Shown: positions 29,909 through 41,157, counted from the first letter of the stretch. The stretch is DNA of 64,000 bases from Candidatus Marinacidobacterales bacterium (GCA_965222425.1 CBDCTW010000017.1:267579-331578); one strand, 5' to 3'. Numbers and translations are program-made. The notes: generated from the sequence alone by a model not told the origin.

Positions 29909-30907
29909 TCAACCTCCAGTCTTCGCAGTCCTGCTGGCATCTTCTGGCAGAACGCAGCGGTAGCCGTGACATCCGTCGGCGATCTGCCATCCGACATCGT
30001 CGTCTTTACATTCCGGGAGTGCAACCGCACACCGGGGCTCGAATCGACAGCCCCTCGTGCCGGGCGAGATAGTTGGGGGGCTTCCCTTGATGGGGACGAG
30101 CGGTGCGCGCCCCTTCCAGGACGGCACCGCTTCCAGAAGCGCGGCGGTGTAGGGATGCCGGGGCGTTTTCAGAATCGCCGATACGCTCCCGTCCTCGACG
30201 ATCTGGCCCCCGTAGATCACGACGATGCGATCACAAAGCTCCGCCGCCAACAGAATGTTGTGCGTGAGGAACAGCAACGCCTTCCTTTGACGGACGGTGA
30301 GCTCCCGGAGGGGTGTAACGACCTCGGCCTGCGTGCTCGCATCCAGCGCGGACGTGCACTCGTCGGTAACGATCAGGTCCGGCTCGGCGAGTACCGCGAT
30401 GGCGATGGAGACCCTCTGGCTCATCCCGCCCGAAAGCTGGTGCGGGTAGGCTTTCAGAACACGCTTCGTATCTTGGAAGCCCATCGCGCGGAGCGCGCTT
30501 TCGATACGCGCGTCCGTTTCCGCATGTCCGAGCGACAGGTGTTGCTGCAGGACTTCCCTCATCTGGGTGGACACTTTGAGCACCGGGTTGAGCGACGCTG
30601 CGGCGTTTTGAAAGACCATCCCGATGCGACGTCCTCTCACGCTCACCCGGTCGTCCGTCCCTTCCCCAAAAATGTCCTTCCCCCCGAAACGGATCGACCC
30701 TTCGACCACGCGACAGTTGCGGTGAAGGAGTCCGACCAGAGACCGGACGAACGTGCTCTTGCCGCTTCCCGACTCGCCGATGAGTGCTACCCGCTCGCCC
30801 GGACGGATCGACAGGCTCGAGCCGGCCACCGCAAGCACTTGCCCCGCGGCAGTCTCACATTGGACGCGTAAGTCCCGGACCTCTAGTAACGGCGCGCTAC
30901 TTGCCAT
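29909..30907 (-). CDS. oligo/dipeptide ABC transporter ATP-binding protein (DppD/OppD type)
   Basis: Walker A GESGSGKST, LSGGMSQR signature, C-terminal oligopeptide-ABC extension (HPYTAALL). Confidence 0.85.
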   Translation of the reverse strand: MASSAPLLEVRDLRVQCETAAGQVLAVAGSSLSIRPGERVALIGESGSGKSTFVRSLVGLLHRNCRVVEGSIRFGGKDIFGEGTDDRVSVRGRRIGMVFQNAAASLNPVLKVSTQMREVLQQHLSLGHAETDARIESALRAMGFQDTKRVLKAYPHQLSGGMSQRVSIAIAVLAEPDLIVTDECTSALDASTQAEVVTPLRELTVRQRKALLFLTHNILLAAELCDRIVVIYGGQIVEDGSVSAILKTPRHPYTAALLEAVPSWKGRAPLVPIKGSPPTISPGTRGCRFEPRCAVALPECKDDDVGWQIADGCHGYRCVLPEDASRTAKTGG

Positions 30908-31748
30908 AACCGTATCGCTGCAACCGCGGATCGTAGGCGGATCGGAGCTTGTCCCCCAACAGGTTGACCGCTAGGACGACGAACGACATTGCGAGTCCAG
31001 GAAACGCCGCCACCCACCAGGCGTTCACCATATGACTCCTTCCCTCGGCCAACATGAGCCCCCAACTGATCTGAGGCGCTACTACGCCCAACCCCAGAAA
31101 GCTCAGGGCACCTTCGCCGAGGATCATCGCCCGCATTTCCAACGTCGCGACGACGAAGAACGTCGCGCCGATATTGGGAAGGATATGGCGGAACGCGATC
31201 CGCCACGAAGAGGCCCCGGCTCCTCGAAGGCCGAGAACGAACGGGCGTTCACGGAGCGCGAGCGTCTCTCCCCGAAGGATCCGCGCGTACTGCGCCCATC
31301 CGTGGGTCGCGAGCACGAAGATTACAATGAAGATGGAGCGACCGCTGCTGGCAATAATGGAGATCGCGAGCAGCATGAACGGCAAAGCGAGCTGCGCATC
31401 GATCAGGCGCGAGATCACCGCATCCAACCACCCTCGGTGGTAGCCGGCCAGAATGCCGAGCAGTCCCCCGACCGCGGCCGAAAAGACGACGCCGGCGAGC
31501 GTAATGAAGAACGTGAGCCGCGCGCCATAGAGAAGGCGCGCCGCCATGTCGCGGCCGAGATGATCGGTACCCAATAGATGCTTCACATTCCCACCCGCCT
31601 GCCAGCTAGGCGGCCTCAGTCGTTCCCCGAGATTCTGCTCGCCCGGATCCGGTAGAGGCAGCCAGGGAACGATCGCGACGAGAACGAAGACGATCGCAAG
31701 AACGATCGTGAGCGGCAGCCACCTAGCCTTCCCGTTGCGTCGATTCAT
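30897..31748 (-). CDS. peptide ABC transporter permease (DppC/OppC type)
   Basis: Inner-membrane BPD_transp_1 component; N-terminal OppC-type segment. Confidence 0.85.
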   Translation of the reverse strand: MNRRNGKARWLPLTIVLAIVFVLVAIVPWLPLPDPGEQNLGERLRPPSWQAGGNVKHLLGTDHLGRDMAARLLYGARLTFFITLAGVVFSAAVGGLLGILAGYHRGWLDAVISRLIDAQLALPFMLLAISIIASSGRSIFIVIFVLATHGWAQYARILRGETLALRERPFVLGLRGAGASSWRIAFRHILPNIGATFFVVATLEMRAMILGEGALSFLGLGVVAPQISWGLMLAEGRSHMVNAWWVAAFPGLAMSFVVLAVNLLGDKLRSAYDPRLQRYGYGK

Positions 31749-31757
31749 CGCGTTCGC

Positions 31758-32672
31758 TCAGCTTCCGCTCCACCGGATGCGGGGGTCGATGGCGCCATAT
31801 AAAAGATCCACGGCAAGGTTGATGGCCACGAAAAGACTCGCGCCGACGACGACGATGGCCTGCACGAGAAAAAAGTCTCGGAACCGTAGCGCGCCCACCG
31901 CCAGGGCACCGAGGCCGGGCCACGAGAACACGACTTCGAGCGTCACCACTCCCGAGAGCATTTGCCCCAGGTGGAGCCCGATGATCGTCACCACCGGTAA
32001 AGCCGCGTTTCTCAAGATGTGAACCGTGGCCACCCGCCAGTGCGACAAGCCGCGAGCCCGCGCCGCCGTCACGTAGTCTTCTTCCATGACGTCGATGGCA
32101 CTCGAGCGGGTCAACCGTGCGACACGCGCCATCGGATAGGCGGAGAGCGATACCGCCGGCAAGATGATGTGCTTCCAGCTTCCGCTCTGGCCCGCCGGCA
32201 ACCACCCCAGCTCCACTGCAAAGAGAAGGATGAGCATCATACCCAACCAGAAGAGCGGGAGCGACTGACCGATGAGAGCCAAGAGCATCATGACCCGATC
32301 GACGACAGTCCCCTCCCGGAGCGCCGCGAAGAGCCCGATCGGAACCCCGATCACAATGGCCAAGAGGATCGCGACACCGGCCAGCTGCAGCGAAGCCACG
32401 AGCCGACTGGCGATGAGTCGTCCGTTCGACTGCTGGTATCTCAGAGACTCACCGAGATCGCCTGTGAGCAAGCTCCCCATGTAGGAGACGTATTGGGCGA
32501 TGAGCGGACGGTCGAGGCCGAGCTCTTGACGCTTCGCTTCTATCTGCTCGGGCGGCGCCAGGCCACCGAGCATATGAACGACGGGATCTCCCGCCAAGCG
32601 AACGAGGAAAAACGCGAGGGTGACCGCGAGAAGCAACGTGATGACACCTCCCACGAGCCTTCGGAGCAGCAT
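31758..32672 (-). CDS. peptide ABC transporter permease (DppB/OppB type)
   Basis: MLLRRLVGGVITLLLAVTLAFFLVRLAGDPV start typical of DppB/OppB. Confidence 0.85.
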   Translation of the reverse strand: MLLRRLVGGVITLLLAVTLAFFLVRLAGDPVVHMLGGLAPPEQIEAKRQELGLDRPLIAQYVSYMGSLLTGDLGESLRYQQSNGRLIASRLVASLQLAGVAILLAIVIGVPIGLFAALREGTVVDRVMMLLALIGQSLPLFWLGMMLILLFAVELGWLPAGQSGSWKHIILPAVSLSAYPMARVARLTRSSAIDVMEEDYVTAARARGLSHWRVATVHILRNAALPVVTIIGLHLGQMLSGVVTLEVVFSWPGLGALAVGALRFRDFFLVQAIVVVGASLFVAINLAVDLLYGAIDPRIRWSGS

Positions 32673-32690
32673 GCCTTCGCTCTCGCCGTC

Positions 32691-34232
32691 TCAGAACTCG
32701 GATTTCAACGAGACGGTGTGGAGATCCCACATTTGGTCGCCTCGAGGCACGAACCCTTGGACCCGGCTGGCGACACCGAAGCTACGGATCTGGATGTAGA
32801 GCGGGATGGGGCAGACTTCTTCGATGATCAAGAGTCGCTCGATCTGGTTGTACACGCGGTCTTGCTCGTCACCTTCCGCCGATGCCGCTTCCTCGACAAG
32901 ACGATCAACCCGGGGGTCGGCGCAGTACGTCACGACGCTCTTAGTCGTCCAATAGGAACGGATGGGCCCGTCTTCATGCGCGAATGTCGGGATGGTGCTG
33001 ATGAGATGCAAACCGCTCATGTCGTCGGTCAGGAGTAGATCGAGGAACGCTCCTTCTTCCATCGGATCGCGATTGACTGTGAAACCGGCGGCTTCCAGCA
33101 TGCCCGCGATCGCTTCCCCTACTTCGTTATCCAACATGTAGCGACCGACGGTGTAGTGGAAGTCGATCGGCGGCAGATCGCCGACCTCCTCGAGAATGGC
33201 TCGTGTCGCAGAAACGTCATGGGTTACGTAGTCGTCGTGTCCTCCGGCACTCAGGAACATCGGATGGAACAAGTTGGGATCGGAGATCGCACCATCGGTT
33301 CCGAAGATCGCTTCGACGAGAAGCTCGGTGTCGATTGCGTGGGCGACCGCCTTCCTCACCCGGAGATCGTCGAACGGGGGTGCCCTCCGATTCATCTGCA
33401 ACATCATCTTGGTGAGCTCCGGGACGCGGAGCACGTTGGCGTCCGGTGCCGTTTCGACCATCTCGGTGAGTTGTGGAGGCAAGTCAGCGACGATGTCCGC
33501 CGCACCGGACACCAGAAGGGCGGCCCGCGAGCTAGCCTCAGCGCTCCAGCTCAAGCGGACTCCCCCCAGAGTCGGCGTCCCGCGATAGAACGCCTCGTTC
33601 CGAGCCAAGACGATCTCCCGTCCCTTGTTCCACGCCTCCAGCTCGAACGGCCCGGTTCCCACTGGCGCGAGCCCGATACCAGTGGCTCCCACGGCGAGGT
33701 AGTGCTCCTTCGGAAACACCGGCACCATCATCATCATCATGGGCAGGAACGACAGCGGCTGCGACGTCATCACGCGCAGGGTGTCCTCGTCGATCGTCTC
33801 GATCGATTCGAGCGCCGCGAAGTACCGGGAGGAGACCCCCGTCACTTCGTCTCGTGCCCTCAGGATATTGAACGCCGCCACCTCGGCATCGAAGACCTCG
33901 CCGTTATGGAATCGGACGCTGGTCCGCACGTCGAATTCCCACGTCAACCTATCGACACGGCGCCAGTCCACCGTCAGGCCGTCCTTCGTTGCCTGGTAGG
34001 TTCTAGAGTCGGGAGCCACCAGTGCTTCGATGACCAAGCGACCGATGCCGACGCTCGCCCGGCTGTTGTCGATGAACGGATGGAAAGAGCGGGGTTCCGA
34101 GCCGAGAACGATCCGTAATCGTCGGTCCGCCGCAGCCACGCGGTCCGCCCGCGGCCCACTCACGCACGCCACGGCGAGCAAGCAAAGCCCGATCATCATC
34201 CCGGTCGATATCGGTGACAGGAAACCTCCCAT
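32691..34232 (-). CDS. ABC transporter substrate-binding protein, family 5 (peptide/nickel)
   Basis: 513 aa, signal peptide, SBP_bac_5 architecture. Confidence 0.8.
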   Translation of the reverse strand: MGGFLSPISTGMMIGLCLLAVACVSGPRADRVAAADRRLRIVLGSEPRSFHPFIDNSRASVGIGRLVIEALVAPDSRTYQATKDGLTVDWRRVDRLTWEFDVRTSVRFHNGEVFDAEVAAFNILRARDEVTGVSSRYFAALESIETIDEDTLRVMTSQPLSFLPMMMMMVPVFPKEHYLAVGATGIGLAPVGTGPFELEAWNKGREIVLARNEAFYRGTPTLGGVRLSWSAEASSRAALLVSGAADIVADLPPQLTEMVETAPDANVLRVPELTKMMLQMNRRAPPFDDLRVRKAVAHAIDTELLVEAIFGTDGAISDPNLFHPMFLSAGGHDDYVTHDVSATRAILEEVGDLPPIDFHYTVGRYMLDNEVGEAIAGMLEAAGFTVNRDPMEEGAFLDLLLTDDMSGLHLISTIPTFAHEDGPIRSYWTTKSVVTYCADPRVDRLVEEAASAEGDEQDRVYNQIERLLIIEEVCPIPLYIQIRSFGVASRVQGFVPRGDQMWDLHTVSLKSEF

Positions 34233-34238
34233 GCACCA

Positions 34239-35039
34239 CTACCTGGAAAGGATTACGTCCCGGCCCGGCACGGTCCGGATCAGCTTCTGCGTATAAGGAT
34301 GTTCCGGCGCATCGAGAACCTCGTCGGTCGATCCCTGCTCGACGATCGCTCCCCGGAGCATGACGTAGACGTAGTCACAGATATGCCGCACGATCGCCAG
34401 ATCATGACTCACGAACAAGATCGCGATGCCCTCCTGATCTCTCAATCCCGACAGAAGGTTGAGGATCTGCGCCTGCACCGAAACATCGAGTGCCGACGTC
34501 GGCTCGTCCGCGAGGAGGAGCTTCGGCCGGAAGAGGAGAGCCCGCGCGATGACCACCCGCTGCGCTTGGCCTCCGCTCAACTGCCTCGGGATCCGATCCA
34601 AAACATCGGCCGGGAGACCCACCGTCCCTAACAGATCTTCGAACGCGCTCGAGCCGGCGCGTTCTGGATTCAATCCGCGGAGCTCTTCGAGACCAGAGCG
34701 AACGGTCTGCAGTGGATCCAAGGCCGCATGTGGATCTTGAAACACGAGCTGTATGTCAGATCTTTGCCGACGCAGGGTGCGGCCCCGCATCCTTCCGAAG
34801 TCTCGGCCCAGCAGACGAAGCTCACTCGATGAAGCCTCGAGAAGCCGACTGGCCGCCAAAACGAGCGACGATTTTCCCGATCCCGATTGACCGACCAGGC
34901 CGACGATCTCGCTCGCGTGGACGGAGAGAGACACGTCGTCGACGGCGTTCACGTCAGGATAGACGACGTTCAGATGATCGATGGCGAGAACCGGCTCGCT
35001 CGTTCTGCGGGCCGCTTCGAGTCGAGCGAGATCGAGCAT
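34239..35039 (-). CDS. peptide ABC transporter ATP-binding protein (DppF/OppF type)
   Basis: GQSGSGKSS Walker A, LSGGQAQR; first gene of the five-gene minus-strand operon. Confidence 0.85.
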   Translation of the reverse strand: MLDLARLEAARRTSEPVLAIDHLNVVYPDVNAVDDVSLSVHASEIVGLVGQSGSGKSSLVLAASRLLEASSSELRLLGRDFGRMRGRTLRRQRSDIQLVFQDPHAALDPLQTVRSGLEELRGLNPERAGSSAFEDLLGTVGLPADVLDRIPRQLSGGQAQRVVIARALLFRPKLLLADEPTSALDVSVQAQILNLLSGLRDQEGIAILFVSHDLAIVRHICDYVYVMLRGAIVEQGSTDEVLDAPEHPYTQKLIRTVPGRDVILSR

Positions 35040-35150
35040 TGAGACTATTTAGGAAGAGTAAAAGGCGGACATCACGGGCTCTTTTCGCTCACCCATCGGG
35101 GTCTGCGCTTCGCGATGACGGTTTTTCTTCATCGCATCGCCGTTCCCGCG

Positions 35151-36380
35151 TCAGGAGTCCGGGGCGTCGTTCCGCACAACCTCCCCCCCCTTCATGACGA
35201 AACGCAGCTTCCGGTAGGCCGAGATGTCCTCCAGCGGATTCCCGTCGACACCGACGAGATCCGCGTACTTCCCCGACTCTATCGTGGCGAGCTGGTCCAC
35301 GACACCCAACCACTCCGCTGGCTTCAGCGTCGCCGCTCGCAACGCCTGCCGCGGCGTCATGCCCGCTTCCACCAAATACTCGAGCTCCCGCACTGTGGCG
35401 GTCGTGCCCTCGAACGGCTCGGCGGGAAGCATGTCCGTCCCGAGAGCGACGTCCACTCCGGACTCGATGGCGAGCTTGAGCCCAGCCATATGTGCCGGTC
35501 CTTTCCCGAGCGCTCGCTCCACCATCCACGCTGGCGCCTTGATCCGTTCGTAGAATTCCTTGCAACGCGTCACCAGAATCGTCGGCACGAGCCACGTTCC
35601 GCGCTCCACCATGAGCTGCACGACCTCCTCATTCAGCTCGTAGCCGTGCTCGATACAGTCGAGGCCGCACTCGATCCCCATCTTGATGACATGCGCCGGC
35701 CCGGCATGTGCGGTCACTTTCTTGTCCCACCCATGCGCGACTTCCGTCACCGCGCGGAGCTCGTCCGGCGCCACCTGAGAGTCCATCCTGCCTTCGAACT
35801 CTCCCGAAATACCGCCCGAGATCATGACCTTGATGAGATCGGCACCCGCCTTGAGCTGCGCCCGCGCCACTTTGCGAAACTCCGCCGGCCCATCGGCCTC
35901 CACCGAGCCAGCTCCCCGGCCATGTCCTCCGGTGCAGGAAATCGCGCTTCCTGCCGTAAAGAGGCGAGGACCTTGGGCTTCGCCGCGAGCGATCGCTTTC
36001 CTCAGCGCGAAATCCGCGTGGCGCTTCTCCGAGACGAGCCGCAGCGACGTGGCTCCGGCGTGAAGCGCCTTCCGCGCGTTGGAAGCGATCCGGAGTGCGA
36101 GCTCGGCATCGTTCTCGCTCGCGAGCCGCGTCGCCTCCGCGCCCGGCAGTGCGAGGCAGAGGTGTACGTGCATATTGATGAGACCGGGCGTGACGTACGC
36201 GCCCCGGAGATCGAGGGTCTCCGTCACCCCCGCTTTCTTGGCGCGATTGACGACCTGCTCCGCGTTTCCCACCTCCTCGATGTGCTCACGCTTCACCCAG
36301 ATGGCCGCGTCCTTGAGCGGCGCTTCGAGCGTCGCATCGACCGCGTGACAGTTTGTCAGTACTAGCTCTCGCTCTTTCAA
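35151..36380 (-). CDS. metal-dependent amidohydrolase
   Basis: HVHL metal-binding start, TIM-barrel amidohydrolase fold; 409 aa. Confidence 0.8.
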   Translation of the reverse strand: MKERELVLTNCHAVDATLEAPLKDAAIWVKREHIEEVGNAEQVVNRAKKAGVTETLDLRGAYVTPGLINMHVHLCLALPGAEATRLASENDAELALRIASNARKALHAGATSLRLVSEKRHADFALRKAIARGEAQGPRLFTAGSAISCTGGHGRGAGSVEADGPAEFRKVARAQLKAGADLIKVMISGGISGEFEGRMDSQVAPDELRAVTEVAHGWDKKVTAHAGPAHVIKMGIECGLDCIEHGYELNEEVVQLMVERGTWLVPTILVTRCKEFYERIKAPAWMVERALGKGPAHMAGLKLAIESGVDVALGTDMLPAEPFEGTTATVRELEYLVEAGMTPRQALRAATLKPAEWLGVVDQLATIESGKYADLVGVDGNPLEDISAYRKLRFVMKGGEVVRNDAPDS

Positions 36381-36443
36381 GTTCTTGCTCCTATGTCATG
36401 ACTCTCACTAGAACCTAGAGAAACTCGGGCAGGCGGTCACTGT

Positions 36444-37877
36444 ATGCAAGGACCCGATCCGGTGTCAATCTCGTGTATAAGGGGACTTATGACTCGAGAA
36501 TTATATCAGCTCGGCGTTCGCGCGTTGACGACTCGTTACCGAGAGCGGAAGATCTCACCCACCGAAGCCGTGGCGGCGATCGCCCGGCGGATCGAGCGCA
36601 TCGACCCTACCATTGACTCCTTCGCGGCGCTCACCCTCGAGAAAGCTCGAGAAGAGGCGAAGGTCCTCACCGAAGAGCTGGCTCGAGGTGAGAGCCGGGG
36701 CGCCTTGCACGGGATTCCCGTCGCACTCAAGGAGCTCTTCCACGTCGAGGGCGTCCCGACCTCCTACGGGTCGGCGTTAATAAAGGTGGTGCCGGATCAG
36801 GACGCGGCGTCCGTGCACCGTCTTCGTGAGGCCGGTGCGATCGTCGTCGGTCTTACCCGCTCCCACGAATGGGGTTGGGGCATCACCACCCAGCACCCAG
36901 ATGGTGGTGGCACGCGGAATCCCTGGAATCTCGGTCGGGTGCCCGGCGGCTCCAGCGGGGGCTCCGCAGCGGCGGTCGCGGCGGGGCTCGTCCCTCTAGC
37001 ACTGGGAACCGATACCGGAGGATCCGTCCGCCAACCCGCGAGCTACTGCGGCGTCGTCGGCCTCAAACCCACGTACGGTCGCATCAGCCGGAACGGCGTC
37101 TTACCCCTTGCGCCGTCCTTCGACCATGTTGGCATCATGGCTCGCGACGCCGGAGACACTGCGATCGCGCTTTCCGTTCTCGCCGGCGGCGATCCTGAAT
37201 TGCCTGAACTGATGGTGCGCGGTCTCCGCGTCGGCCTCGCTCCAGACTTGAACGTTCTCGAGCTCAAACCCGAGTACGCGGCCACGTTGGATCACGTGAT
37301 CCAGCTCCTCACCAAAGAAGGTGCCATTCTGACCGAGCGGCGCGGACCCGATCCGGAGGAGATCCTCGCCACTTACCTCACCATCCAAATGACCGAAGCG
37401 TACGACGTGCACCACGACCGGCTCGAGACCTACCCGAAGAGAGCCGCCGACTACTCCCCGCGCATTCGTGCACGCCTCCAAGAGGCTGAAAAGATCGATC
37501 CGTCTCGTGTCTCGGAAGCTCGCGCGAACGTCCCACGGATCCAGAAACAGTTCGAGACGTTCTTCGAAGGTATCGACGTCCTTTTGACGCCCGTTGCCGC
37601 CGCAGGACCTTCCCTCGTCGCAAGACCAGATACCGTTTCACACCGAGGCGTCGAGTTGCCGTTCCGGGATGCGGCGATGCACTACGTGATCCACCAGAAC
37701 CTCACCGGTTTTCCGGCTATCACGACCCGAGCCGGCTTCGATGAAGAAGGTGTTCCGGTCGGTGTTCAGCTTACCGCCCCTCCGGAAAAGGAGAACCTGC
37801 TCCTCCGACTGGCGGGGAAGCTCGAAGGAATGCTCGCGAGTGAGGAGCGCAATTGGCCGCCGCTCGCAGATGATTGA
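36444..37877 (+). CDS. amidase (amidase-signature family)
   Basis: GGSSGGSAAAVAAG signature; possible start also MTRELYQ at 36489. Confidence 0.85.
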   Translation: MQGPDPVSISCIRGLMTRELYQLGVRALTTRYRERKISPTEAVAAIARRIERIDPTIDSFAALTLEKAREEAKVLTEELARGESRGALHGIPVALKELFHVEGVPTSYGSALIKVVPDQDAASVHRLREAGAIVVGLTRSHEWGWGITTQHPDGGGTRNPWNLGRVPGGSSGGSAAAVAAGLVPLALGTDTGGSVRQPASYCGVVGLKPTYGRISRNGVLPLAPSFDHVGIMARDAGDTAIALSVLAGGDPELPELMVRGLRVGLAPDLNVLELKPEYAATLDHVIQLLTKEGAILTERRGPDPEEILATYLTIQMTEAYDVHHDRLETYPKRAADYSPRIRARLQEAEKIDPSRVSEARANVPRIQKQFETFFEGIDVLLTPVAAAGPSLVARPDTVSHRGVELPFRDAAMHYVIHQNLTGFPAITTRAGFDEEGVPVGVQLTAPPEKENLLLRLAGKLEGMLASEERNWPPLADD

Positions 37878-38009
37878 GACTTCAGGAGGATCTAATAATC
37901 GTGACGGCCGACACTCCGATTGTAGAAACCTCCGGTGCAAACACCAGGTAATGAGCGGTTAGCCACACCAAAGTCCGGCTACTTCTGTTTCACGAGTTGC
38001 CCTCGAATT

Positions 38010-39908
38010 TCAGGCCTGTCTTACGGGTAGGCGGATTCTGAAGGTCGTCCCCTTGCCGAGCTCGCTCTCCACTTCGATGTCCCCGTGGTGTCGTTGCACG
38101 ATCGCATGGCTGTTGGCGAGGCCGGCGTGCATGCGTAGATGCGAACCCTTTTGACTGATTCCTATATCGAAGATCTTCCCGAGCTCGTCGGGTGGTATGC
38201 CTTTGCCGGTGTCCGCAGTCGTCACCGAAACCTCCCCGTTATGGGTCGAGGTCTGCACGGTGATCGTTCCTTCGCCTTCGATCGCCTCCGAAGCATTGAG
38301 GAGCAAGGTCACGAAGACCTGATTCAGCGCGTTGGGATAGCATTCGGTATTCGGTAACACCCCGAATTCTGTGACGATCCGGATGCGGTCCTTCAGTTGC
38401 GGCGCGATGAGACTAAGAGTACTCTCCAAGCCCTCATGAACATCGACCAGCTGGAACTCTGCTTCGTCCAGCCGGGCAAAGTTCTTCAGGCGGTTCACGA
38501 GCTCGGAAATCCGCCGTCCCGCCGTCTCGGTGGTTTCGTTGTTCGCCTTCAGCGTGTCTAGCAATCGCTGAAGGTCGCGATTGCTGTTGAGCTCGTCGAT
38601 CGAATGACTCGAGTCGAGCGCGCGAGCGATCTTCTCGACTACGCGCTGTGAGACATTAGCATTGCTCTGGATGGCGCCGAGCGGTGTGTTCACCTCGTGG
38701 GCGACTCCGGCGACCAGTCGACCCACCGCCGCCATCCTCTCCGATTGGATGAGCTGTGCCTGGGCTGCCTTCAGCTTTTGTAGCGCGTCGGCAAGCTCCA
38801 CGTTTCGCAGCCGGTGGATCTTCGCCTCCTTCTCTGCTTTTTCGACCTCGAAGCTAACTTGGCGGTTCTTCAATCGGGTGGTGGTCTCGTCGCTGAAGAC
38901 TGCCTCCTTGATACGGTGGAAGGCGCGCTCATGCTCGAGTGCGGTGGCATGGTCGCCCAGGGTGGCATAGGTCTCGGAGAGCGCTTGGTGAGACTGGTAC
39001 ATCTTTGGCTTGGCACCAAGCTCAGTAGAGAGGGCCAGGGCCGGTTCCAGGAACCCAAGTGCCGTCTCGGGCTCTTTTTCTTGCTTGTAGAGCTTTCCTA
39101 GGTTGATGAGGCTCGTCGTCTCGGCGTGCCTCGTGCCAAGCTTGCGCCGGATCTCGAGGGCTTCGGTGTGGAATTGAAGAGCCTCGTCGAACTTGTGCTG
39201 AGCTTGATGGATGGTGCCGATATCGTTCAACGCTCGCGCAAGACCCATTTTGTGGTCGGTTTGTCTGAAGAGCTTGAGTGCCTTACGGTGGTATTCGAGG
39301 GCGCGAGCGTGTTTATTCTGCCGTTGGTAGACAGTGCCGATACCGGTCAGGGACCGTCCTTCACCGTTTCGGTCTCCGAGGGAGCAGAAAAGCTCGAGGC
39401 TACGGTTGTGGAACTCCAGCGCCTTGTCCAGGTTGCCTAGATTCTCGTAGATTCCGCCGATCGAGGTGACGACCCAAGCTTCTCTAGTCGGGTGCGCCAG
39501 CTCGCGGAATAAATCCAGGCTCTCGTGCATGTACTGAAGCGCCTTTTCGAAGTCGCCCAGGGACCAGTGGACCATACCGAGCCCGAAGAGGGCGTTGGCC
39601 TCTCCGCCCCGCTCGCCGATCTCGCGGAATAGATCGAGGGCCTCGCGACGACCGGCGAGCGCCCTTTGGTGTTGCGCGAAGTAATAGTCGCCGAAGGCTT
39701 CGTTCAGCCCGCTGAAGGCGATGCCCTTCTGATAGGAGCGCTCGGTTGCCAATGCCTTGGCTTCCAGCGTCAGCTCGGCGGCTCGATCGACGTTTTGAAA
39801 GCCAATCTCCCATGCCAGCTGATTGAGCAGATCGATACGTTCCTCGACAACCGAGTCGTCCTTGGGGAGTGCGGCAAGCCTTCCCTCGAACTCTTCGATA
39901 GAGGCCAT
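38010..39908 (-). CDS. cytoplasmic TPR-repeat sensor histidine kinase
   Basis: N-terminal TPR repeats, HisKA H-box VAGVAHEVNTPLGAI, HATPase_c (GTGKGIPPD..). No adjacent response regulator; upstream abuts the ISKra4-like element. Confidence 0.8.
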   Translation of the reverse strand: MASIEEFEGRLAALPKDDSVVEERIDLLNQLAWEIGFQNVDRAAELTLEAKALATERSYQKGIAFSGLNEAFGDYYFAQHQRALAGRREALDLFREIGERGGEANALFGLGMVHWSLGDFEKALQYMHESLDLFRELAHPTREAWVVTSIGGIYENLGNLDKALEFHNRSLELFCSLGDRNGEGRSLTGIGTVYQRQNKHARALEYHRKALKLFRQTDHKMGLARALNDIGTIHQAQHKFDEALQFHTEALEIRRKLGTRHAETTSLINLGKLYKQEKEPETALGFLEPALALSTELGAKPKMYQSHQALSETYATLGDHATALEHERAFHRIKEAVFSDETTTRLKNRQVSFEVEKAEKEAKIHRLRNVELADALQKLKAAQAQLIQSERMAAVGRLVAGVAHEVNTPLGAIQSNANVSQRVVEKIARALDSSHSIDELNSNRDLQRLLDTLKANNETTETAGRRISELVNRLKNFARLDEAEFQLVDVHEGLESTLSLIAPQLKDRIRIVTEFGVLPNTECYPNALNQVFVTLLLNASEAIEGEGTITVQTSTHNGEVSVTTADTGKGIPPDELGKIFDIGISQKGSHLRMHAGLANSHAIVQRHHGDIEVESELGKGTTFRIRLPVRQA

Positions 39909-40249
39909 GAGACTGGTCAGATGTTAGTCCGGGGGCAAGATGTGGGCAAATGGTCGCGGCTTCCAGGCGCCGTGTACGCCAAACGGTGGTCGTCTCGATC
40001 CCGAGTGCAGCCCGTGATCCGCGGCCGCGCCGGATCGGCTGGGATCACAACCGTCGCTGCGATACCCCGGCTTGCTGCACGGGAGGTTGAGCCCTCGCGC
40101 TTTTGGGGTGACCGCGACAAGTGTTGCAATTAAATGGCTTGTAGAAGTCACTCGTTACTAAGTGTAAGCTATGCAGTTTTTCTGACAAGGGGCGGAGCGA
40201 AAAACCGCCTGAGTCGAAGATGGGTGTGCGTCATAAATGTGGGGTGAGA

Positions 40250-41149
40250 CTACCCGCAGCGGGCCTCCCAGAACTGCTCCCAGCGACGGCTGAGTTCGCA
40301 GCATCTGAGGGCGATGATGGCATTGGCACCGCGGACGGTCCAGCGCATTCCGGATTGCTTGAGCCGACGGCCGACGATGGTTTTGCATGCCGCCTCGACG
40401 ACGCCGGAGCCGACGAACAAACCTTGTTCACGGAAGCGCTGGTAGCGCATCCGCTCCGTGTTGGTCTGGAAGTAAGCCGTTGCCTTTCTGAGCTCGTCCT
40501 TGACGAATTCGCTTTTGGGGCGCAAGCGAGCAAAGGTCGAGAGAAGCCCTTCAAGGTTGGCTTCATCAAGCAGTTGGATGGATGCCTCTGTCCACGCCTT
40601 GGCCTGGAGTGGTTCGTACAGCACCTTGGCAAGGTCTGAAACATGCTCGCGGGCATGGTAGAGGTCGAGGATCTCGGTGGCATCCGCAAAGTGCTCAGCC
40701 GCAAGATTCCAGATCCAGGGCGCACCATCTCCGATGACAATGACCTGTTCGGCAAAGCGCAGGCCCCGCCGGATGGCCTCGGTAAAGATTCGTTGGCCGA
40801 ACTCTTCGGCGGTTTCGATGGCGCCGACGTAAGTGGTGGAGTCCGGATCACGAAGAGCAAAGCCCTCGTCGTCCAAGCTTGTCTGCGTGAACACGCAACC
40901 GAGCTTGGCCTCCCTGCTCTTCGCCATGCCCGAGTCGTCTTTGCCTTGCCGTCCTTGTGTCTCATGTGGGACCATGGGCACTCCGGTGCCGTCGATGGCG
41001 ATGTACATCTTGGGCACCGGTTTGATCCGAACTATTTTTCCGGACAACACCAGCTTACGCTCCTTGCCAGCGATAGCCTCGACCTGTTGCCCAAGTCTTT
41101 CTGAGACCCGTTCCACCTCTTTCGTATTGACCACGATTCCAGCTAGTAG
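40250..41149 (-). pseudogene. C-terminal part of the ISKra4-like DDE transposase (interrupted by the nested IS)
   Basis: ..IDGTGVPMVP..VIGDGAPWIWN..ILDLYHAREHV..ANAIIALRC.. Family assignment from memory of ISKra4-type motifs; moderate. Confidence 0.6.
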
Positions 41150-41157
41150 TTCTAGAT

